Shown here piece after piece: positions 53,234 to 64,000 of a DNA stretch of 64,000 bases. The position numbers were made by a program, and so were the translations under genes. Position 1 is the first letter of the stretch; each line of letters starts with the position of its first letter. This stretch comes from Eledone cirrhosa (taxonomy: Eukaryota): NCBI GenBank assembly GCA_964016885.1, contig OZ024741.1:91512001-91576000 (forward strand). Direction: 5' to 3'. A model generated the notes under the pieces. That model saw nothing but the letters and a program-made list of their open reading frames with translations. It was not told the DNA's origin and searched no databases.

Positions 53234-56200
53234 ATGATGGCTGCAAACTCTGCCAAGAGTATTGCAATCGCATGTCAGATTCAGATGTGGGACGCTCGGA
53301 TATGGCTTTTTAACCCTGCTAGAGACTTGCACTCCTTCACACACTGACGACAACTATGGATCTCCCTGGCTTGAGGTCCTGCGCCAGGTTGCCCGTGAAC
53401 CCTCGCAACACCGTGGATATCATATTTCACTGGTTCTCTTTGAACATGGCTGCGACTGTGGCTCCTGAGACCAGATTTGCTCAAGCAAATGTTTCCACAC
53501 TCAGGACACTTCAATTCAATGGAGACACCCATCATTTCGAGAGATACACCAGGGCATTGCTTACGCACATCCCGTTTGATCTTATCGTGCTCTATGCGTC
53601 TGTCCTCAAACTTATGGACCCCATCATTCGCCATTCCACGCCAAATCTCTCTTTCAAGAGCTTCTATCTCCGAGTCAGCCATCATCAAACCAGTTTTGTT
53701 TTCAATGTGTCCTTTACACAATCCTTGAATCGGAGCTTTGGCTTGTGAGGTGGTCTCTTACCCTCACAAAGCTCGCCATACAAGAGTTGTTTTGGGATTC
53801 GATCATCCTCCATTCTGCAGAGGTATCCGGTCCATCGCAAACACCGTTGGTGGATGATACTCTCAATGCTACGAAACTCACTTCTCTCAACATAACTCAC
53901 ATGCATCTGCCACTTGATACCTAGCATCTTTCTGAGACACTTGCTGGTGAAACCATTCCAGTCTGTGGATATGCCGTTTGTAGGCAACCCATGTCTCACA
54001 TGCATACAGCAAAGCTGGCAGTACACATGCAGCATACACTCTCACCTTGGTCCTTATTGTGATTCCTCGCCTGCACCAAAGACGGTCGTTGAGCCTTCCA
54101 AATGACTCACTTGCCTTACTAACACGCAGACCAACTTCCGCATCCAGAGAGCAGGTCACACTCAGAGTACTCCTCAAATACACAAATGTGTCAGCAGCCT
54201 TCAGCTTTTGACCGTATACGTGTATGGAGGGTTCATTGAAAACTTTATCCAGAGCAGGTTGGTACATGACGACAGTCTTCTTCAGACTGATTGTCAGTCC
54301 CAAAGCACTGCACGCATTGGAAAAAGAATCCATAAGGTGTTGCATGTCACTCTGGGAGTGTGCAAAGAGATCACAATCATCTGCATATAAAAATTCTCTG
54401 ATCAAGGTACTCAGTACCTTAGTGTTGGCAGTGAGACGCCTAAGGTTAAACAGCCTGCCGGAAGTGCGATCTCTGAGATAGATACCGTGTTGACAATCTT
54501 TGAAGGCCACGAAGAACACCTTCGCGAAATACAAGGCAAACAAAGTCGGTGTAGGTATATCACCCTGCTTGACACCATTTTCAACCGAGATTGGCTCAGA
54601 CAGATTACCTCCAACATTCACTCATGCCTGCATGCCATTGTGGAAGAGTTTCAGAATGTTCACAAACTTTTCAGGACAGCCCAATCTCTCCAAAATAACC
54701 GACAAAGCCTTCCGATTAACGGTCTCAAATGCCTTGGTCAGATCGACAAAAACTTGGTATAAGTCCATGCGCTGCTCAATGCATTTCTTTTGAAGTTGTT
54801 TGGCCGAGAAGATCATGTCAACAGTGCCTCTGCCATTCCTAAAGCCACATTGGGACTCAGGAAGTACCTCAACAGCAATGTGCTCTATCAATCTGTCCAA
54901 CAATATCCTGCACAAGATCTTCCCAGCCACAGATAGCAGTGAGATACCTCTGTAGTTGCCACAGTCATCTTTGGCTCCCTTTCCTTTGTAAAGTACCACC
55001 ATAAATACATCTTTCCAATCCTATGGCACATCTTCATTCCAAACATTCACAAAGAGATCAGTGAGGCGGTTTAAGAAGTTATCACCAGCACACTTGAAAA
55101 TCTCGGCACTCAGTCCATCCATTCCAGGTGACTTGCCGCTGTTTAATTTGGCAATGGCCTTCGCCACCTCACCAAATGAAGGAGGATCAGGCATTGCCAG
55201 CCTTGTAGGTCTGGATGGAATCAACCGGATGAACTCATCATCAATTGGTGATGGTCTGTTGAGAAGCTCATCAAAGTGGTCATGCCACCTGATCAGGATT
55301 TCCTTCGGATGTCTGAGCAATTCCTTGCCGTCCCTGGAGCGAAGTGGTGATATTTGTGAACCGGTCGGACCATACACCTCCCTGAGCAGACTGTATAGGA
55401 GTTTGTATCATGTCTATCTGAGGCCTTCTGGATTTCATCAGCCTTTTGGCTCCACCAGGTATCCTGCATGGCTCTCAATCGATGTTGCACAGGTGCCTTG
55501 ATCTGCCTGAAGGTCCGGTCACTTCCGCCAGAACGTGTCTCACACAACAATGACGTCAGCAATTCCCCCTTACTTTGGGCTTCACAACAAATTGAAACTT
55601 GGCGCTTCAGACGATGATCAGTCCAACATTCCGCGCCTCGCAATACACGAACCAACGCGATATCCCTGATATCACGTTTTCTCATTAAAACGAAGTCAAT
55701 AAGGTGCCACTTCTTGGAACCTGGATGCATCCAAGTTGTCTTATATTTGTCTTCTGCTGAAAGAGCGTGTTCCCAACAACAAGATCCATCTCAGTGCACA
55801 TCTGCAACAGAAGTAGGCCATTGTTATTGCACTTACCTACTCCATGCCTGCCCATCACACTCCAAGCTTCCCAGTCATTACCAACACGTGCATTAAAATC
55901 ACCAAGGATGACAATCTTGTCTGCATAAAGTATACCATGGATGACCTCTCTCAAAGACATGTAGAAACTTAGTTTTTCATCATCACTGGCACACATAGTA
56001 GGAGCGTACACACTGACCAGAGTCACAAAGCGGTTTTGAATCAGAGGAACTCTCATGGACATTATCCGATCATTGAATCCACAAGGAAGATTTTCCAGCT
56101 TTGAGACGATTGCAAATGCGACCCCTGCCTCTCTCCTATGACCCTATGCTCCACCACTCCAATAGAAGGTATATCCTCCCTTCTGTTCTGTGAATTGACC

Positions 56201-56247
56201 CTAAAGGGGAACTGGTCAACATCATCGGATACTTCCAAAGCCGCAGG

Positions 56248-56248
<1 letters not shown>
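53234..56248 (-). mobile_element. RTE-clade LINE, 5'-truncated within APE, multiply frameshifted
   Basis: SVYAPT, LGDFNARVG, WHLIDF, CWTDHRL (APE); NYRGISLL, VDLTKAF, GVKQG, YADD (RT); RIPKQLLYGEL; two C-terminal C2H2 fingers; GTAT tail; 5' end abuts (TG)n. Confidence 0.92.
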
Positions 56249-56310
<62 letters not shown>

Positions 56311-57496
56311 TATATATATATATATATACACACACAGGCATGCACACATACAAACGTGCTTATACCTATATGCACATAAGTGATCCAAATGATTCGCCCT
56401 TATTTCCGCCTAGTACCTACTGTCACGTTTACAGTGTCTCGCCTCACAGAAAAACAAAAACTACAACCATCAATTTCAATCGAGTGTGACTTGGTAGTAA
56501 GTACCATACTTTTGCCAGGGGTTTATGTGCCCATGCAGCCTCAAGCAGACACAGACAATCTCACGAAACTGCATCCCTCCTTTGATATAGTGGAATATCC
56601 AGGAGATGACAGTTAGAGGGAGAGTGAGAGCTGCACAAAAATGTACGCTAGTAATCTCTTTACCGAGCCTTAAAGGATGAAAAGTAAACTGGACTCTGGA
56701 AGGATTTGATCTGAGTATGAAAAGCTGAAATAAGTAACAAATATATAGAAGAAGAATCGATCCATGTACAGTACTGGTACGAATACTACAAAGCATTTAA
56801 TCCGACGTACCAACAACTGTTAATTCAGTACTTTCGTTTTTTATTAATGCTCAAAAGGCCAGGCAACTTTAAGGAAGTGAAACCATTGCAACATTAAACT
56901 TTAAAAACCTTTCAAGGAGGGAATAGTAGCAGAACTAAATTGATTTAGCGTTAACCTAAATCGAATTAAGTAGGCCGTTAGTTTGACTAACCTGGAGATA
57001 AGCCCAAGCTGTATGACACTTGCGTAATCAATTTCCACATAATGTTGATAAAAACTCCAAATAAGTTCCGTATTATATACAAGAAAGAATGCTTCAATTA
57101 GTCGAAGATTAGCAAATAGAATTAATAGACATTAATCTATCGTATCAATCAGAAGAAACATTATCCATTATCTATGCCAGGACAAAGATCTTTAACTATT
57201 ATTCTAACCATTCAGAATTGTATAATTTTATTGCATAAGCCGCGTTTTAAATTAGCCCTTCTCATACCAATTCCTATTTCAGATGTTTATATTATCCTTT
57301 CTTGCGCACAAGTTGTTGTGAAAAGTTGCTGTATTAGAGTAAATGATTAATGCAATGTAGTGATAATTGTACTTTCCAAGTATGTCTTGCTAAATTGTTT
57401 TCATATGGTTTGTAAATCGAAATGTTTATAGTATCTTTACTATTGGATAGATCATTGCGACAATTTGCAATAAACTAAAGGCTAGTTTTTAGTATG

Positions 57497-57740
57497 ATGC
57501 AGCATAATGCTGTCTTGTAATTTTAAAGAATGTTTTGTTAATGCGGATTCATGTGGTACGGGACGTTAAGAGTTAAATATTAGAACATCTAAAAGTGAGT
57601 TTTTAATTCAAATGCTTAAAGTGTCTTTAGTGAAAATTTGCAGTACATTTTTAATGTGATGCAGTCAAAATGCGGTTTTGCGTTGTTCAAGAATGTCTTA
57701 CTAAGGTGGTTTCATGTGTTACAGAATGTTAAAAGTTAAA
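57497..57740 (+). repeat. Diverged direct repeat (~80 bp, period ~162) ending GTTAA(G/A)AGTTAA
   Basis: GATGCAG..AAGAATGT..TTCATGTG..GTTAA occurs twice. Confidence 0.6.
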
Positions 57741-58284
57741 CGTATAACTGATTAATCACTGTTTTCAGCAGCTTTAGCTAAATAGGAATTGATCTTTATA
57801 CGTTTATAAACTCTTCATTGACATTTGTGCAATACTTGTGCAAGATCATGAAAGCAATTACCCAGAACTACTGCCAACAGCAATATTTACTCACCACACA
57901 TAACAGAAGGACATTTCTGCAATGGAAATTACAATATATTAATCACCAATTAAATAACAGTCGACAGATAGTGAATTGCATGCGTCATTAGACTGTCGTA
58001 TAGAATGGATTGCGTTTTCCACTCTGGCTCTCTGCCCCCCGACTCTAAATCCTGCCGAGGTCAACGTTTTCTTCTCACTTACACACGAGCTGAATTGTTT
58101 TCTCACTTACACACACACACTATATATATATTATTAGAAATGTAAGCTATCGCCGTATTTTGACTAAAGAAATTAAAGAAATTATTTAGCCTGATAGTGG
58201 GGTTAAGAACCCTCGGAGAAATGGAAAAAGATGAGTATTCACGTACATGGGAGTCGAACCCACATCTTTGTGCTACCATTTACA

Positions 58285-58332
<48 letters not shown>

Positions 58333-59223
58333 TGTGTGTGTGCGTTCCATTTTCTACTTTGCAAGAAATCGGCTGTCTTCTGACTTGGAAAAGTATAGGC
58401 TCCCCAAGGTTTATATGTCATGGCGGTGCACGTGCCATTTCACCAGAAGTTATGGATTGATGAAATAGCATTCAATCTAGAGTTGAAGCTGCTCTAGTGG
58501 ATAAAATAATAGGTTCACCAACCGACACATCAGCGATTCGAATCTGCTCCCCAGTGTCATGCCATATCTGTGTTAACAGCATTTAAGTTTTGCTACTATT
58601 ATTTGCTTTTCATGATCCATTCTGCGAATAATGACTAATTTCCACACACACATATATATATATATAACAAGTTAACAATCTCAGCGTTTAAATTAATTAA
58701 GATTAATTAAATATATTGAAGGTGAGCGTGAGTGGGTGTACGTCTGATTGGGCAACAGCGACATATTTCAGAATGACTAGAGTTCATCAGTGAAGCATTC
58801 ATTCCCTTATTGTAAAACCAGAATTTAAAATCGACGCTGATGGATAAGATGCCAAATCGACCATACGTATCTGTTTACAGTCCACATAGTTATATATTGA
58901 AATATTTGTTAACATGCAGCGTCGAGTTAAAATCCTCATTAGGGCCAGAACCATGATGGCTTCTAATTTAGGTAATGTCGAGGAGGGGAATATCGATTCA
59001 ATCTACCCCGGTACTTGACTAGTACTTTACCTTAGCGGAAGAATGAAAGGCAAAGTTGACCACCATGGGATTTGAAATCAGCAAGTAAAAAGCTGTAACA
59101 TATATTGCATAGCATTTTGTCGATGTTTAAACGATTCTACAAATCCACTGCTCTTGGCCAGAATCATAATAAAATCCTTTACTTTATGGCTCTCGTTCCA
59201 GGAATAACACCATATAGTGCAAC

Positions 59224-59550
59224 AAGTGAGACCGCTCTCCCCACATGCATTGTACGAAAGCTGATGTTGCAAGTAGTAATGCCTATCTACATGTGGCACC
59301 ATCAGTGGTGCAGTGCATGTAGTGAAACCTATTTTCATATGTAGCCCCATCACTGGTTCACTTCATGTAGTAAGGCCTCTCTCTTTACCCACATGCAGTA
59401 TTATCACTGGGGAAATGCAATTACAAGCCCTCTCTACATATGTAGCTTCAACATTCGTGCAGTGCATGCAATGAGGTCTTTTTTTCCATATGTTGCATTG
59501 TCACTGAAGAAATGCAAATAGTGAGGCCTCCCTTCACATATTGTATCGCC
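59224..59550 (+). repeat. Degenerate ~48-bp minisatellite, about 7 units
   Basis: Recurring GTAGTGAGGCCT..CAYATGTAGC..ATCACTG..TGCA. Confidence 0.65.
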
Positions 59551-60272
59551 ACGAGAAAAGTAAGCAGTACACACTTTTGTAAGCCAAACTCCCGACGTGG
59601 TTTCAATTTTAGATTTAAACTATTCCACATCACTTAGATTATTATAGGCATCATAATATCCCCATTCCGTTGCTCAACTTTTTTTCTTTTCTGAAAACGA
59701 AATTGTATAGTGAGTGTACGTTTTCTTTTTATCGAGGTTCCATATCATGGCGTTCTTGCGTTTTGGTGGAAACGTAAAGTTTAAATAATGTATGTTTTTA
59801 TTGGTTCCAGTCATAAGACTATGGCCATGCTTGCTGATCGCCTTTAAGAAATATTATATGGTCATATCGACTCCAGTACGTATTATCATGCTGATACTTT
59901 ATTGATATCTTTTTCTCAAAACGTTATATTGCGGAACATAACGAAACAAAACATACACACGCTCATACATGGACGAAAGATAAAATTATATTTTGTGATG
60001 TGGTATGCTTGTATGTCATTTTATTATACATCAATCACTAGCAAATCATTTCTATTACGTGCTGGTGCACTGAGCTGAACGATCGTAGCCGTAAAGAAAA
60101 AAAAAATGAAATCGTAGTGATTCCCCGCGGTTAGTTTTCCCATTTTTCTCTTATTTCCGTTGTCTACACACAGATATTAACGCATACACACACATTTATA
60201 TATATATATATATACGCACACACACACATAATAATACTGAGACGAAGCCATCGGATAGGACCGCTATACATA

Positions 60273-60304
<32 letters not shown>

Positions 60305-61705
60305 TGACGAGTTTCCGTTCCGCACTGTTTCCCTCTAACAAGTTTCACTCAGAAGGCATTAATCAGCCCGATGCTACAGTAGAAAAGACGACACTTGTCC
60401 AAGTTTGACACACAGTGAAACTGAACCAGCCAATAGTCGTGAGAGAAACTCCTCAACCAAAAACCAGCTATGCTAATATTGCGCCTGTGTATAGTTATTT
60501 GAAATAAATATCATTCTAAGTAAATTTTATTAGAAAGATGATTAAAGTATTGATTTTTCCTTTTTTTTCCCTACTTTAGTCTAGTTTCAATATCAACCTA
60601 CTTAAACACAATGAGATGAGTGAGAACGTATTGTTAAAAGTATTAATCTATTTACAATCTATCGCAAATATAAATTATCGATTATTTTATTTTTTCATCG
60701 ATTATTCGAAATCTTAAATACATCAGCCAGGTAGAAAATATTTACAATGCATATGTGAGAAAGACTGTGTGTGTATGTGTGTGTGTGTGTGTGTCACAAC
60801 TATCTAGTCACATTTGAGGTTTGTCTAGTGTTATATTAATGAGCTGGGTGAGTTCGATAGTAAGAGATTTGGTGGTGCATTGTGCTTTTCAGGTTTTCAT
60901 GAGAAGACTGTGCCTCCCCCTATTATTAAAAGCACCGCAAAAATCTCATATGAGATGTAACCTAATAAGAGCTCAGTTAATCCTGCATAATTGAATGCAA
61001 CATAGATTTTATATCAGTTCGATGAATCAAAATATGTGTCAAGACTACAAGACTCCATAAAATAAAAGTCAAGTAGATATATAGAACAGATACACCTAAC
61101 TTAATAGATGTTTAGACACTTACCCCACTCTCATTATATATATATGTACGTGTATGTATAATATATATTTTGTCTCATTCTCTCTTTTATATACGCTCTC
61201 TCCCTCCTTATTTATATATATCATGCTTGTCTGTATGTTTCTGTTTATAGATTATTTAATAAATAAATAATATTTAAAAATCGATGAGTTCCGAACAGCA
61301 AAAATAAATGAGAAAAAAAATTTCCTGTTTGCCAGCGGAACAGTAAACAAGATTTACTTAACAAATTGCGTACCTTCAAATAGATATACATAACGCGTTA
61401 TTACATACTCTATTTACAAGATGTCCCTGTATTGTTCTTAATTACTGATGTGGAAAATAGTGTTTATTTTAACAATGTAGGAAACGAATTTATTTTTTGA
61501 ACAGTAAAAGAAAAAAAGATAAAATGAATATTAAATACTACCAAAGCAAATCAATTTTATAAATTTATATATTCATGTTCTATTGATATTTCTATCCATG
61601 TGCCCTGAACTCATGGTTGAGTCACAGGGGTGCCATCTATGTCTCTAGCTGTGAAGACTGCAGAGAGAGAGAGAGAGAAACAATCTCAGTACTAATCTAA
61701 AGTCT

Positions 61706-61980
61706 GTCTTAAGCCAGAAGGTTCGTTAGGCCGGTGCTTATCCCGGTTTCATGGCGTGAAGCGAATGAGAGTACAAGACTCCTCCCTGGACAGGCCGCCA
61801 GTCCATCGCACGGTTAAACCCCCAGCTGTTGCTGGTACTTATTTTCAGCTGAGTATACTGAAGCAACGTGAAATGAAGTGTTTCGCTTAAGAACACAGCA
61901 CGCAACACAGCTTAGGAATCGAACCCATGACATTATGATCGTAAGTCCAGCACCGTTACCATTAGGCCACGTGCCTCCAC
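61706..61980 (-). mobile_element. Well-preserved tRNA-derived SINE with a Nin-like central domain
   Basis: tRNA-like head GTGGAGGCACGTGGCCTAATGG..GGTTCGATTCC on -; + strand shows CCAGTCCATCGCA..CCCCAGC..GCTGGTAC and GCCGGTGCTTATCCCGGTTTC. Confidence 0.65.
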
Positions 61981-62763
61981 AGTACTGGACTGGTACTTCA
62001 TCAACCTTGAAAAGGAAAATTTGACCGTAGCGAGTAAAGAGCCGGAACGAATACCGCAAGGCATTTTGGCCAACATTCTTACAGTAAATCGGCCGTTGCA
62101 GATATATCACCTCTTGGCATATCGATGGACGCGTTACTGTTATCAATGGTTAGATTTTTCAGCTAATTATCGCCAAGCTGTGAGAGGTCCAGTCACGCTG
62201 ACATGTGTCCGTTAGTCAGACGCTTTATTTCGCGTGGCTCTAATACACTTAGCTGGAGAAAAATAGTGTTATCTCTTATTGAAAGTGACAGTTTTGTCAC
62301 ACAATGTCTCACGCTGAATCTCCCTGAGAACTACATTCAGAGTATACATTATGTGAAATGTTCAACCATTTGACACGCTAGTTTTACTACCTGGCTGTTT
62401 TGTTGTTCCAATTACCTTTAAACTCAGAATGCAGAAAGCTAGAATAAATACCACAAAAGAATCTATCGTTCTCACAACTCTGACAGTTCACCACCAAGGC
62501 ATCAATTTATTTTTAACTATATAGGGTATGAATTTATTTATTCAGAAATAAAAGGATAAAATAAAATGGAAGAGAAATATAAAATATCAAAGTAAAATTA
62601 TATTCAAAATTTTTTAAATCACGTTCTATCGATATTTATATTTCAAAAATAAAATTTGAATTGTGTATGGAATATGTGTGAGGTCAATTGAAGGTTGAAT
62701 AATATGAATGTAGTACGATGTGAAATATTTTATACTCACGTTATTTTGAGGAAAATGAGAGAT

Positions 62764-62810
<47 letters not shown>

Positions 62811-64000
62811 ATAAACCGCCATTCAGTAATACATGCACATACATACATACATTCCCACACGTTAATCATAATGGTTTCTTATATAGGCACAAGGCCAGTA
62901 ATTTGGGGGGAGGGAAATGTCGATTAAATCGACTCCAGTGGGTGACTGGTATTTTATTTTATCGACCCCCGTAAGGATGAAAGGCAAAGTTAACCTCGGT
63001 TGCAACTCTATGCTGCAAAGCATGTTGTCCGACGCTCTACCGATACTGTCAATCCGATACCTTACACACGTTTATCATACTGCACACTATCGTTAATAAT
63101 TGTAAGTCTACTGAAACAGGTAGGTGTGTGTATGCATGTGTGTGTGCGCGCGCGTGCGTGCGTGCTTGCGTGCGTGTGCGTGTGCGTGCGTATTTGTGTG
63201 TTTGCGTGTTGTATGTCCATTGTTTTCGACTGAGAATGACCAGTTATTCGATCAACGGAACAGCCTGCTCATTAAATTAACGAGCAAGTGACTAAGCATT
63301 TAACAAACATGTGTACCCTTAACGTAATTCTCCGTGAGATTCAGCGTGATATAGTGTGTGAAAAAGCAGGCCCTTCGAATTACAGGTGCAACTCGGTTTT
63401 TCCCCAGTGGAGTCAACGTTAAATATTGTGCCTGGCTCAAGGACGCATCGCGCTGTCGGGTTCGTGAATCGAACTTAACACTCTAAACATTAAACCACTT
63501 GAATTCACTTGAGACAACTATATGGTCAAAAACTGTTCTATAATTAAATATAGTTTATACTCTGTGCTATATTTAAATAATTGATTGAAACTATCATGAT
63601 AGTAATCATGCTAGAGAACCCAACACAGTTTTATTTAAATTAATGAATGTGGCGAACTAACAGATGTGGGCATAGAGGTGTTGTACCAGACAGTCTATTT
63701 TAAATTCATTTGAATTAATTCAACTCCCGTAGGTTATCTCCCCTTCCGGCTCTCTTAACCAAAGTTTGTCATTAAGATGGTTCTTCTCACCATAGGGGTA
63801 ATTTTTAATTAATCAAATTTTATTGGCTCATTACATTATGTATGATAGCGTACGGCTTCTGGAGTCGTTAATGCGTCGAATTAAATGAAACAGTATCTAT
63901 TACGGATCCCTGCGCTCTGAGTTCAAATCCCGCTAAAGTTGACTTTCCTACTCCTTTCAAGGTTGATTAACAAATTACCAGTCCAGGTGTAGTAAATTGA

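Noticed and set aside
58756-58794. Minus-strand CTGATGA..GAAA-TATG-TC near (TA)n
   Set aside because: Helices I and II do not pair; at best a decayed HHR. Similar weak cases at ~32535-32570, ~34990-35050 and ~45445-45495

Overview
AT-rich, repeat-dominated animal genomic DNA; the SINE families and microsatellite load resemble an octopod cephalopod (inference). No host protein-coding exon is recognisable, and the long IY/CV/TH ORFs are microsatellite artefacts. Three retroelement classes are concentrated in TA/CATA microsatellites. (1) Three copies of an R4/Dong-clade RLE non-LTR element (+ strand), all inserted in CATA arrays. (2) A decayed RTE element plus four copies of a 410-595-bp bipartite non-autonomous RTE derivative (- strand, GTAT tails), chained with the Dong copies into two trains (10.8-16.9 kb and 47.9-56.3 kb). 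(3) Many short, ORF-less, Penelope-like (PLE) pLTR units carrying type I hammerhead ribozyme (HHR) motifs, in inverted or tandem arrangement beside (TA)n. About 15 HHR motifs were found by eye. They include a tandem pair with a compensatory U3-A8 core, a covarying long-helix-II family and a ~475-bp retrozyme-like tandem array. Numerous fold-back palindromes abut the microsatellites. All RNA structures were folded by eye and no activity is demonstrated.
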